64,000 nucleotides of DNA from an uncultured Candidatus Saccharibacteria bacterium (GTDB taxonomy: Bacteria; Patescibacteriota; Minisyncoccia; 2-02-FULL-40-12; GWA2-44-9). Below, piece by piece: positions 19,879 through 30,500 of the stretch. The stretch spans positions 2,743 through 66,742 of the forward strand of contig CAYHIK010000004.1 in assembly GCA_964356795.1 (NCBI GenBank). Direction: 5' to 3'. The translations under genes and the position numbers were made by a program. Every line of letters starts with the position of its first letter. Within the stretch, counting starts at the first letter, position 1. Below the pieces are notes generated by a model, which was not told where the DNA came from, did not search any database, and saw only the letters and a list, made by a program, of their open reading frames with translations.

Positions 19879-21788
19879 GACTTCTCCTTCTGAATGCGTT
19901 GCGCAACGATGGTCGCGATGTCCATGATGGGCACCGACGAACCACGCGCGCTCGCCGCATCAGCCAACATGACAGGACAGTGCGGACACGCGGTCGCGAT
20001 GATATCCGGCTTCGTCTCCATTAGTGCATCGAATCTCGCATAGTTCATGCGCAACTCTGCGGGACGCGACTCATCGAGCACCACCGACTGTCCACCACCC
20101 GCACCGCAACACGTCGAATGACGACCGTGTTCAACTGGCTCACGAACATCAGAGCTCACCTGATGCAAGATATCCCGCGGAGGCTGTGTGACATCGAGTC
20201 CACGACCCAACTTACAGGGATCATGATACGCAATGGCAATCGCCTCTGGAGTAATCCGAAGCTGTGCCATATGTTCAGCGATGAACACCGTGTGAGGAAT
20301 CACTTCGATGTCGAGCTTAGGGTACTCGGGATGTTGTCGGGCATGATCGATGCCAATCATGCCTGCACAGTGCGGATCGCATACGATGATATGGTAAACT
20401 CCTTGTTCAACAAACAGCTCGATGAGTCGAGGCGCAATCTCCAGCATCGGCTCCGCAGCGTTTCCCAGTTGGTGCTGTGTCTCGCCACAGCATATCTCCG
20501 TCTCGAGAACGCCCCACGAAACTCCAAGCGTATCGAGAATCACCTTCATGCTCCGAGCAATCTCTGGCTTGTTGTATCCGACGCCACAGCCGAGCCATAG
20601 AAGATACTGCATCCCCTCTACAAACAGTGGGAATGCCCCACCCTCCACCAACTCTTGCCGCGACTTCGCAAACGGCCACGCAGAGTACGGGGGCTTCTTC
20701 ATGGGACCGAGACGCTTTGCAACACGCTCAAGCGTGAGCTCGTCGTTGTTTATAAGTCCGTGGCGGAGATCGAGAATTATGCCCACGTGCTCGATACCGA
20801 CCGGGCACGCCTCTTCGCATGCACCGCACGTCGTACAATCCATGAGGTCGCCCTCACGGATGAAATCGAGAATACGACCATCACCACGCGCGAGTCCATG
20901 TTGCATATCGAGGATGATACGCTTCGGGTCCAACGAACTTCCTGAGCGGTTTGCGGGACACACCGTTGTACACCGACCACACTCGACGCACGACTGCAGG
21001 TCGAGCAGATTCTTCCGTGAAAGCTCACTGAATTGAGTGAGCCCCAATTCAGTAGGAGCACCATCTTCGTCTACATCAAGTGGACGCATCCGGCTCGTCG
21101 TAAACGAACGGAAGAAAATCGCAATAGGTGCGAGCACCAGGTGAAGATGCTTCGATCGAACGATGACGGGCGGAAACGCAACGAGTGCGAGGGTATGAAT
21201 CCACCACACTGCGAGTGACCCGAATGACCCAGGTTCATAGACCTGAACCCAATCCATCAGATACGTCGCCATGAGCGCCACGATGAGAGCCGTGACAATT
21301 GCGGACGACACAGACACCTCGCCCAAGACAGTAGGGCGCAGCACGAATCGCCTGAATGCGAGAGAAGCCATCGCCGCGATAACTAGCATCGCAAACAATG
21401 CAACTCCTACACGATACACGCTATCGAAGTGCACCTCGGTGATGCTTCCTGTGAGCCCCGACCAGAGATGCATGAGGCTCACGCCGCTGAATGCGACGAA
21501 GCCCCACATGACAACGCCGTGCAAGAGCCCCACAATCGGCCGATTTCGAATCACCCGCGATTGAAAGAGCACCTCACCAACGGTCCGGAGAATCCGGCGA
21601 CCCACGTCGGTGAAATCGAGGTCATTCCGACTCGGCATCCTGAAGTACGGGATGCGAATCGAAACCCCGAAAGGCTTACTGGACGGCTCCCAGATGCCCT
21701 GAAAAGGCCCCAGGCGAGCCAATATTCCACGATAGGTAGCATACGCGCTCACCACGCAAAGCGTTACGACAATGATGCTTACCAGCAT
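19875..21788 (-). CDS. Membrane-bound Fe-S oxidoreductase (FadF/HdrD/GlpC-like)
   Basis: TM domain with His residues, two CxxCxxCxxxCP motifs, two CCG domains. Confidence 0.88.
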   Translation of the reverse strand: MLVSIIVVTLCVVSAYATYRGILARLGPFQGIWEPSSKPFGVSIRIPYFRMPSRNDLDFTDVGRRILRTVGEVLFQSRVIRNRPIVGLLHGVVMWGFVAFSGVSLMHLWSGLTGSITEVHFDSVYRVGVALFAMLVIAAMASLAFRRFVLRPTVLGEVSVSSAIVTALIVALMATYLMDWVQVYEPGSFGSLAVWWIHTLALVAFPPVIVRSKHLHLVLAPIAIFFRSFTTSRMRPLDVDEDGAPTELGLTQFSELSRKNLLDLQSCVECGRCTTVCPANRSGSSLDPKRIILDMQHGLARGDGRILDFIREGDLMDCTTCGACEEACPVGIEHVGIILDLRHGLINNDELTLERVAKRLGPMKKPPYSAWPFAKSRQELVEGGAFPLFVEGMQYLLWLGCGVGYNKPEIARSMKVILDTLGVSWGVLETEICCGETQHQLGNAAEPMLEIAPRLIELFVEQGVYHIIVCDPHCAGMIGIDHARQHPEYPKLDIEVIPHTVFIAEHMAQLRITPEAIAIAYHDPCKLGRGLDVTQPPRDILHQVSSDVREPVEHGRHSTCCGAGGGQSVVLDESRPAELRMNYARFDALMETKPDIIATACPHCPVMLADAASARGSSVPIMDIATIVAQRIQKEKS

Positions 21789-21854
21789 GTACAAGACTCC
21801 TTGTAAAAGGACGCACAAAGTCTACATATTTATTGACAAAGTGTCAATTCTTTT

Positions 21855-23087
21855 TCAGGCATTGCTTCCCGCCACAAACCCCGTTGTCCAGCACAGTTGG
21901 AGGGAGTACCCGCCCGATGGGCGAGTGATGTGGAGTAAATCCCCTGTTACGAATACATTGGGAACTCGAAGCGATCGCATTGTTTTCATATCAATCTCTT
22001 CAAGCGAGACTCCACCGTCCGCGATAACCGCACGATCACTCCCCATAAGGCCAGAAATTGATACGGGGAGCGCCTTGAGCGTGTCGATAATCTTCCGTCG
22101 CTGTTCTTTTGTGATGCTATGCACCTTGGCATCAGATTGAATATCGCCCAAGAGCGGCAGTATCGCGGGCCCCGACCCTTCGGGCGCAATCTCATTCCAC
22201 ACATTCTTCAGTTCTTTATTTTTGTTTGCATCAAATACGGCCACGATACGCGCATCATACGCTCCGATATCCTCACGCGGATACGCATCAATAACCGCCG
22301 TCACCTCCCCCGCGTGAAGCAGGTCAGCAATTACTCCAGCCGAATTCAGTATGCGTGGGCCCGAGAGGCCAAAATGCGTGCAGAGGATATCTCCATCTAT
22401 TGAGATGTTCTTTATGCCATCGAGGAATACGTTCATCCGCACACCTCGGAGCACCACGCCCGCAAGGCGGTGTATCCATTCATCAGTGGTTGCAAGGGGC
22501 ACAATAGTTGGAGTCGATTCTCGCACCGTGTGGCCAAGCATCGCAAGCCACGAGAATCCATCGCCCGTGGAACCCGTCTCCGGATGAGAAGTTCCACCAG
22601 TTGCGAGTATGTATGAATCCGCCTCGAGACGCTCCCCATTCACCATGACCGCCGAAATACGTCCGTCGAGCATGTTCACACGCTCAACCCGAGCATTCGT
22701 GCGCACCTCAACACCCTGGCGTTTCATGTACTGCTTCAGCGCCTCGACAACATCACCCGCCTGCTCTGATACGGGGAATACGCGCCGATGAGCCTGTGTG
22801 ACGAGCGAGACTCCCAGTGATTCGAAAAATGAAAATGTCTGCTCAACTCCAAATTGCGCAAATGACGAATACAGAAATGGCTTCGCTACACCGTAGTGCC
22901 CAAGAAGTGCATGAATATCGGGCTCATGATTCGTAATATTACACCTTCCGCCACCGGTAATGCTTAACTTCGCGCCGACATCGGCGTTCTTTTCTAGGAG
23001 AAGCACGCCCCGCCCACGTTCAGCTGCGCGCCCAGCCGCTATCATACCAGACGCGCCACCCCCAATGACAATAACGTCAAATTTCAT
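21855..23087 (-). CDS. HI0933/BaiN-family flavoprotein
   Basis: GGGASG, TGGGRCN, TGDG, GGYSLQ. Confidence 0.92.
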   Translation of the reverse strand: MKFDVIVIGGGASGMIAAGRAAERGRGVLLLEKNADVGAKLSITGGGRCNITNHEPDIHALLGHYGVAKPFLYSSFAQFGVEQTFSFFESLGVSLVTQAHRRVFPVSEQAGDVVEALKQYMKRQGVEVRTNARVERVNMLDGRISAVMVNGERLEADSYILATGGTSHPETGSTGDGFSWLAMLGHTVRESTPTIVPLATTDEWIHRLAGVVLRGVRMNVFLDGIKNISIDGDILCTHFGLSGPRILNSAGVIADLLHAGEVTAVIDAYPREDIGAYDARIVAVFDANKNKELKNVWNEIAPEGSGPAILPLLGDIQSDAKVHSITKEQRRKIIDTLKALPVSISGLMGSDRAVIADGGVSLEEIDMKTMRSLRVPNVFVTGDLLHITRPSGGYSLQLCWTTGFVAGSNA

Positions 23088-23141
23088 ATGTATATTCTAT
23101 CAAGTTATAGAAATGGCGACCACGAATGGTCGCCACTGCAT

Positions 23142-23774
23142 TTACTGAATCCTCTGTGCAAAGAACGTAAGCCACGTCGTGCTATCTTCCGGAGAAAGCT
23201 TTCTGCGACAACTATCGAGGACGTAGAATCCCTGCGCGCGCAGCGTCGCTACGAACTCACCCTGCTGCCAGAACGAGAAGAAACGGTCGGTCCCTGGAAG
23301 TGGGCCGGGAACCATCCGCTCGCCGACCCCCTCTTTCATTGCGATGAATCCGACTCCGCTCGGGCGCAGTACCCGGTGCACTTCACTCAACACTCTTCCG
23401 ATGTAATACCTCGGAATGTGCAGGAGCGAAGCAGCCGCCCAGAACCCATCGAACATGCCGCCCGCAAACGGGAGTGTATACACGTCGCCACGCGTGAATG
23501 ACGCATCGGGCGCAAGCTTCCGCGCCTCTGCGAGCATCTCGCACGAGATGTCGACGCCAGTGTATCTGAAGCCCACACTTGGGAGAAGTACCGCATCACG
23601 CCCAGCACCGCACCCGATATCCAATACGCGTCCACGGCGCGGCACATACCACGAGAGATCCCGCGCCTCGGACTCCCACCTCTCCGGATTCCCTGCGACG
23701 ATGTTGCGCTCGTGCGCAAGTACTCCGTATGCACGCGCGAGCTCGCCTGTGTAGCGCAATGGCCTAGCGGACAC
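23142..23774 (-). CDS. Class I SAM-dependent methyltransferase
   Basis: LDIGCGAG, FDGFWAAASLLH. Confidence 0.88.
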   Translation of the reverse strand: MSARPLRYTGELARAYGVLAHERNIVAGNPERWESEARDLSWYVPRRGRVLDIGCGAGRDAVLLPSVGFRYTGVDISCEMLAEARKLAPDASFTRGDVYTLPFAGGMFDGFWAAASLLHIPRYYIGRVLSEVHRVLRPSGVGFIAMKEGVGERMVPGPLPGTDRFFSFWQQGEFVATLRAQGFYVLDSCRRKLSPEDSTTWLTFFAQRIQ

Positions 23775-23905
23775 GGGTCACCATGGAGCGCATGCCGATC
23801 GATATGAGACACATATTGCCTCCTCAAAAAAAGAGCACAAGTAATTATTGTACATTATTTTATGTCAATGTCAAATAATAGAGCCTCGGGGGTACCCTCT
23901 CTTTT

Positions 23906-24397
23906 TTACGGCTGCTCGACTTCAGTGAGCGCCCCATCGATAAGGCGGAGATACCGCGAGACTCCGCGCGATGGGCGCGTCGTAAACGGCTCCCCTGGAT
24001 TTCGCTCTGCATAGTTCGCAATCAATATGCCGTCTCGAATCTCGACGGTCTGTGGTGCGATGCGGTCACCCATGAGAAATGAATTCGTGCCATACCATTT
24101 CCCCTCATCGTATATCGCGGCGGTAATATAGTAGAACGTACCCGAACCCTCACTTGCGCGCACAAGCACGACACCCGCATCATTCGTACCATCACCATTC
24201 AAATCTCCGTACGTTGGCTCACCGAACATGGCGACATCGCCCAATGACCCGTCGCTCAAAGAAGTATCAACTCCTTCGATTTGATATGTAGCATTCTTTG
24301 GATTCCACGCACCGATGCGTGAATCATCAGTCATCTGCCAATACGCAACCCCGCCAATCACAGCTACGAGAAGGAGGAAAATAATGATTCGTTTCAT
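23906..24397 (-). CDS. Membrane-anchored hypothetical protein
   Basis: N-terminal TM, GDLNGDG, GSGTFYY, GDRIAPQ. Confidence 0.75.
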   Translation of the reverse strand: MKRIIIFLLLVAVIGGVAYWQMTDDSRIGAWNPKNATYQIEGVDTSLSDGSLGDVAMFGEPTYGDLNGDGTNDAGVVLVRASEGSGTFYYITAAIYDEGKWYGTNSFLMGDRIAPQTVEIRDGILIANYAERNPGEPFTTRPSRGVSRYLRLIDGALTEVEQP

Positions 24398-24470
24398 ATA
24401 TCTATGCTACTCTGTTCGTAACTATTTTACAAAAAAGTCCCCCGCCAAAGCGGAGGACTCGCTCCTACCA

Positions 24471-24668
24471 CTACTCTTTCTTCTCGAGCACCCACTCGTG
24501 CTGCGGATCGGCGATGAATGTCTGAGTCATTCTCACATCCGCAAGATAGGATCCTTCAAGAATACTTCTGACAAGCCATCCTCCAGGCACCTTCATTCGG
24601 GATGTCAACGCCATATTTTTCCGTCCACAATTCAAAGGAAATATGGACGAATCAATCGTTTCCCACAT
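24471..24668 (-). CDS. Small hypothetical protein
   Basis: SD GGAGG; RMKVPGGWLV...FIADPQHEW. Confidence 0.6.
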   Translation of the reverse strand: MWETIDSSIFPLNCGRKNMALTSRMKVPGGWLVRSILEGSYLADVRMTQTFIADPQHEWVLEKKE

Positions 24669-24670
24669 GA

Positions 24671-24907
24671 CTACCCCTCCTCCTGTGCCAGATCCGTCCA
24701 GAACCACTCGATCATCTCGGTGACACCCTCGCCGGTCACTCGAGGCCGATATTCGCTCTTCTCCCACGTGTCGCGATTCGTGAAGTTCGCGACTTCCAGA
24801 GGAAGAGCCTTGAAACCGGGAATGAGTGGTGCATTCGAGAACACGCGAAGCATCCGTGCCTTGTTGTCGAATATCACCAGCAGCCCATCGCCCACCGGGT
24901 TGAGCAT
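24671..24907 (-). CDS. Small hypothetical protein
   Basis: SD GGAGG before ATG; operon-like spacing. Confidence 0.55.
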   Translation of the reverse strand: MLNPVGDGLLVIFDNKARMLRVFSNAPLIPGFKALPLEVANFTNRDTWEKSEYRPRVTGEGVTEMIEWFWTDLAQEEG

Positions 24908-24966
24908 CGCGTACCTCCATTGCGATAATACCACGTTTTTATCGCAATGTAAATAATCACCCGCTC

Positions 24967-25425
24967 CTACCCCTTGAGAAACTTTAGCCGCATCAGCGGG
25001 AAGTGGCACACATAGAACGCGGGGTGCTCCTCGCCAATCGCCTCGACGACTTCTTGCGTCTCTGCCTCCCAGCGCGAATCACAGCACATGAGGTCCGATT
25101 GTGCGAGACATGCCATCGCCTCATCTCTTGTCCGGAAGAGCCCCACGATGCACGACGTGCGCCCACCCCAGTACTGCATATTCACGAATTCGATGCGCTG
25201 TTCAAACGACGTCAGTCCGCCGCCTTCGGGAACGTAGACAGTGAGAAAATCACAGATAGCAACGCGTGTGCCACCGCGCAGGTACACGCCCACATCCACT
25301 TTGCTCTCGCTTTTCACCGAGATTTTCTGCACGCTCGGATAGCCATTCCGCGCAGAATCCGAGGCACGCACGTGATACACCGACGTCCGCGTGACCGCAA
25401 AAAACTCCTGTAATGCTTCGCTCAC
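24967..25425 (-). CDS. Hypothetical protein
   Basis: GTG start with GGAGG, 152 aa. Confidence 0.6.
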   Translation of the reverse strand: MSEALQEFFAVTRTSVYHVRASDSARNGYPSVQKISVKSESKVDVGVYLRGGTRVAICDFLTVYVPEGGGLTSFEQRIEFVNMQYWGGRTSCIVGLFRTRDEAMACLAQSDLMCCDSRWEAETQEVVEAIGEEHPAFYVCHFPLMRLKFLKG

Positions 25426-25477
25426 AGGCACCTCCGCCGATGGTATACACCATTATAGGTCACCGAGCAATTGCGCA

Positions 25478-26776
25478 CTAGATCTGAATATCCCAATCTT
25501 CAACCTCATTATGGAGCAATGGCGGAAGACTCCCCCCTTTTACGATAACCACATCAAAAATCTTCTCCATCCAAAGATGTGTGTGCTCAGGTTCCGCCTC
25601 CTCAGTGGCAATTTTTTCTGGATTGAATACTTGGTCGAATCCCTCAAAAAATGCTCGGCGAAGCTGCTCAGCATCTCCCCAATGAAGACCGGCACGCTCT
25701 CCAGCGCGAATAAGCATCCGGAGGCCATAGCACATGTCGCGCATATCTTTGAGTGATTCGCGTCGCACGCCACTGTACTTTCTAATCTTTGCCGCATCAT
25801 CTTCTTCGCTCCAGTGACTAATGGTGCCAATATCTACAATTTCCGCGGCAAGCGTGACATTTGCGGAATGCATTGCACCGTGCGCAAATCCATCGTTCAG
25901 TAATACCGCCATATTTCTACCCATGCTCTTATAAAACTCAGCGAAGAACGCCTCCTCATGCTCGGGATTTCCAATACTAAGATTAATCATGGATCTTCTC
26001 GTATCTTGACTCTCGAGATTAAAAATCTGAAACGCCCGTTCAAAGAGTGCCCGACTACGCTCAGAGTCTGATTGCGCAGCCTCTGCAATTCTATTATTCA
26101 TCTTCAACAACCGGACAGCTTGACTGGGTTCGAAGTCTTCGCGCGGGGAAATAATTCCACGCGCCCGAAGTTCTGGGACGGTCAGCATAACCCCACGGAA
26201 AGGGAGTCGCTTCACGCTTGCAACCGCCCAATATAATTCACAGCGCAATCCTCGCCCAAGGAGCATCTCTGATTTCGCCATAATATCTCCCCGACTATTC
26301 TCCCCGCTTGAGACGAACCCAAGTACACGGTATCCGTGGTCCTCAACGCTCTCCTTGTTTTTGATTGTCCATGTATCGTATTCCTCAAAGGGAAGGCCTT
26401 TCGCAGAAATCTTCGTGTACCCAACACCCTTCGTGTTCACCGTATAGAAGTGTACGGGGTGCGAGCTACCGCTATCAGACGGAATTTCAACGTGAGCATG
26501 CACACCATGCTCGCTAATAACCCTCCAGTGAGGCGCCTCCACCACTCGAGTCACCGATCCAGCACTCGGACTTATAAACACAAAAAAATCATGAATGTCT
26601 CGATCGGAGTGCACCCGCTCGTTTTTTTGCTCAATAGCATAATCGTCCCCCTCTTTCAGCACCATAAACCGCTCAGGCCGTGGTTCAATGCCAGCTATTT
26701 CACGCCCCACAAAACCATCGAGCTCTTTTAGTGCGGGTCGCGGCGCCTGGCGCTCTCGTTGCATACGTTCATTCAT
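25478..26776 (-). CDS. Divergent SelO/YdiU-like kinase-fold protein
   Basis: NTKGVGYT resembles QLKGAGxT; GFAHGAMHSANV...IVDIG resembles GFxHGVMNTDN...IDYG. Confidence 0.55.
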   Translation of the reverse strand: MNERMQRERQAPRPALKELDGFVGREIAGIEPRPERFMVLKEGDDYAIEQKNERVHSDRDIHDFFVFISPSAGSVTRVVEAPHWRVISEHGVHAHVEIPSDSGSSHPVHFYTVNTKGVGYTKISAKGLPFEEYDTWTIKNKESVEDHGYRVLGFVSSGENSRGDIMAKSEMLLGRGLRCELYWAVASVKRLPFRGVMLTVPELRARGIISPREDFEPSQAVRLLKMNNRIAEAAQSDSERSRALFERAFQIFNLESQDTRRSMINLSIGNPEHEEAFFAEFYKSMGRNMAVLLNDGFAHGAMHSANVTLAAEIVDIGTISHWSEEDDAAKIRKYSGVRRESLKDMRDMCYGLRMLIRAGERAGLHWGDAEQLRRAFFEGFDQVFNPEKIATEEAEPEHTHLWMEKIFDVVIVKGGSLPPLLHNEVEDWDIQI

Positions 26777-26790
26777 AGTATAGATGCGTA

Positions 26791-27576
26791 TTATCTCAAA
26801 AATCCTTTTCGCTGAATCTCGGACTGTAGCTCTACATCCTCTTTCGGTGCAAGCCTCATAATCTTTGTAGGAGCGATATCTTGAAACAGCTCACGACCCC
26901 GATCTAGGCGAACCTCCTCCGCGCGAAGTTCTGGATCAAGAGCAATCACGTCAGTTAATGCTCCATCTTCATACAATAATGACACACCACGCGGCACCGC
27001 AATACCACTCGGAAGCTCATTATTACGAATTGCATCCGCGAGGACTGCTCGACGATATGTATCCTCCGGCTCAAAGTGGGGAATGTAGCTCCCCTTCAAA
27101 AATCCGAGCGTATTGCGAATAGGCGAAAGCTCAGGACCAAACGAATCCGTAAGACCACCCTCGAACCAACACATCGCCCCCGCACTCTTTCCACTCAATA
27201 CAATCCCCGATTCATACGCCTCTTTGAGCATGGGGCGTAGTCTATGCGTATCCCAAACGGCAAGCATGTTGGCGGTATTCCCACCGCCAACATAAATGAG
27301 GTCATGCGACAAGATAAATGCTCGCATGCGCTCTTCGGAAAGCTGTCGATCAAAGAGAGAGAGCACGTTTACATGGCAATGACGCTCCATGTTTGCATAC
27401 TTCATCCCTAAAATATCATCGAGACTCTCCCCGCTTGCAGTCGGCACATATAAGACCTCTGGATATGGGACACCCGTACGCGACAAAAGCCAATTATTGA
27501 ACTCCCGCGAATCAGCATTCTCAAGCCCCATCCCACTCCCGACACAGATAATTTGTTGCTTAGCTAATGTGCTCAT
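26791..27576 (-). CDS. Peptidase E (S51 family)
   Basis: YVPTAS, VGGGNT, GKSAGA nucleophile elbow, PHF. Confidence 0.88.
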   Translation of the reverse strand: MSTLAKQQIICVGSGMGLENADSREFNNWLLSRTGVPYPEVLYVPTASGESLDDILGMKYANMERHCHVNVLSLFDRQLSEERMRAFILSHDLIYVGGGNTANMLAVWDTHRLRPMLKEAYESGIVLSGKSAGAMCWFEGGLTDSFGPELSPIRNTLGFLKGSYIPHFEPEDTYRRAVLADAIRNNELPSGIAVPRGVSLLYEDGALTDVIALDPELRAEEVRLDRGRELFQDIAPTKIMRLAPKEDVELQSEIQRKGFLR

Positions 27577-30500
27577 GTGGTTTTCTGTAGCGTCCAGTCG
27601 CCGTGCCATGTCTCATTGCCATCAGCATCCATCTCCCAAATAACGACCGCTGGCGTATCCCCCCGCTTGTCATGTACCATATAGCTATTGAAAGTCGTCT
27701 CGTTGGTTCGCACCAATCCCATAGGACGACAATGTTTAAATCGTGCGCGATATACATCATTGATCGGTTGTCGATTTGTAGACGCCATGCCACGCATGTC
27801 CATCGGAATTGCTACGACGGCATGCGAATCCCACAGAGTAACGCTCCCACCCGCTCGCATGCGCTCCGCCCGCATACGTCGCGCCGTGGCAATCGCCTCC
27901 TTCAGCGAGCTCAACACGAACGCGTCAGCGTCGAGCGTTCGGATAAAGTTTTCCGTTGGATTATTCGCGCGCACCACAAGCACGGGCACTTTTGATTCTT
28001 TAGATTTCGCCATAATTGCGAGCACCGAACCACGAAGCTCCTCGTTGTCCTTACCTCGGTTTGATGCATACACCCACGTTCGTAGATTGGGGTACTCGCC
28101 CTCTGCGATTTCTCGATGCCGTGAAGTGTGGCACGAATCACCTAAATCGCCTGAAAAAATATGGAGCAAGCCAGAAACGGGCACCAGTGAAACTGAAACT
28201 GATTTCACTGGCTGACTAGTTCCGACCCCAAGGATGTCATCGAGCTTTCGCTTGAGAGCAGTAATCGGCAGATAGCCAGTACGCGGATCGAGTTTTTGAA
28301 GCCACACCTGATTAAGCTTCTCGAGTAGTGCAGGAGAGAATGGCGTGTGCTCAGTATGGTCTGGGTCCTGGAAGTGGTGCAAATAATGCTCTTCGATATA
28401 ATCCTTAGAAAGCGCGTGGACGCCGTATATCCTTTCTGCTGTTGGTTCATCATCCCTCCAAAGCGCGAGCGTCGCTACAACATCTCCCCAATTTGTACTC
28501 TCCATAGTCTGTAACGCATGAACCGCGGAAAGCGCGCGAATGTCCTTAGCGAGCGAGATGGGTCCGTCGAGCTCAGCCATTGACTCTAAGGCTGCGACGA
28601 TATCGGGCTCTCCTTGCTCGCTTTCATACAACACATCCAGAATCGTTTGGATGTTTTTACTCATCTCCTTGAGCGCACCAGCCTGCCGCTCGATACCGAT
28701 ACGGCCTCTTGGATTCTGCAACGCCTTTGACTTCCGAATAAGCTCCTGTTTCTTTTTTAGGTCCCCCTCGTCACGAATAGCTATCTCGATTTCTTCAGGG
28801 GCACTCGCAAGAAGCGAACGGAGTGTGTTTTCTTCATCAAGAAGACGATGATGCGCGGAATCAAGTAAATCCAAAACAGAAAATAACCCGGCATCACCCC
28901 ATGCTTCTGCAAGTGGCTCGTACACATCGACCACCTCTTGGCTTACCAGGAATGCAGAGAGCGCCTCTGACTGGTCTTTGGATTTCTCCCGCGCTTGGCG
29001 TGCGAGCGGAATATCCATGCTCGCCTCCTGGAATCCGATGGGAAGCTTCGCGAGCGCCGGACGAAGGCGCACCGTTTTGCGATACGCATCAAGAATATCG
29101 GACACGCTATCGCCTCGCTCAAACTGTGTCGTCCCCTTGAGCCGACTGAACAATTCCTCCCCAAGTGAAGACTCGATACCCCCAGGAATCTCGTCCTTCA
29201 ACATCGTAGACTGCATGGTTCCGAGCGATTTATATACAGCATTAAACAGCTCAAGTGAGTCCTTGAAGCGCCATCCTCCGCTTTTTCGCCTCGCTTCTAT
29301 CCCAAATTCGGAGCACTCCTCCAGAGACTCCCCAGAGAGCGAGTCGAGATTGCGATGCCTTTGACAGTCTGCGTAGAATCGAAAGAGTGCGGGGGTGTTG
29401 CGCATCCCAACTAATTCCACAAACGATACGAGCATCGCCATATCGTCCTTGTTCTCCACACGAACCACGCCACTGCTGGTGAGCTCCTTCAGGAGTGGTA
29501 TGAATTCAGAAGTCCACGGATCATTCGCAACATTCTGAGCAAAGCCCTGTATGTTCGCTATCCTAGAAAGGGCGCCAAAGAACGGATCATGCTGAATGGC
29601 GCTCCGTATCAAAGACATCTCATCGGGGTACTCGCGCGACAACGTATCGTCGTTGAGATTTTTTAATATAGCGACCGCCTGCCCTGGATCGCTATATGCC
29701 GATTTTAGAACCGCCGAGCCGAGGCTATCAATGCGAGCTCGAGATCCGAGCAGTTTCAGTTTTCCAAACGCAGAAGCAAGGAGATTACTCTTAGTACCTG
29801 GGAGTTCGTACGCGATAATCTTCCCTACAATGCAAGTCATGAGCTCTGGCGAAGGGACGTATTGGTCTACTTCTAACAGGCCCGCGATGTGGCCATCGCC
29901 ACGCGCGCGGTCAAATAGTTCAGTCGCAAGAGTCTCGAACTCTGCGTCTGTCGAGGCAAACCCAGCGGAAACCACGTTATGAAATGCCTTGAGGCGCTCA
30001 AGGGTGGGGTAGAATCCCAACGTACGCATACCCCGTATCAGCGCGATATATGCATGCTGCATTTCACCGCTGTGCTTTGTAAAGTCAGGGCGAATGGAAG
30101 TCACGCGCCGTACGACATCTATCGGATTCGGCATACTCGAGAAACGACATAGAGAAATAATAAGCTCCACAACCTGTTTCTCGCTAAAGTCTGACTCGAT
30201 GCCAGAAACATCCCGAAGCGCAATGAGGTCTTGCGGTGTGTTGGGTATTTCTTTTCGAATGCCCTCACGAAGCCGTGAATATCGCTCATGAATCGCATCT
30301 TTGTAGAGAGAAAAATCAGGCTCGATACCCGTAAGTTCTGCGGCTAATCGAATGACGTCAGTCATCCGTAGATTCGGCGAGCGAAGCCATGTCTTATAAC
30401 GCGCATGCATCTTTGACGCTTCGATACGCGGGCGGATAGCAGTTGCCTCAAGGAGCCGCACTGCAGCATCGAGCTGTAGTTGTCGTCCGTAATGGTACTG

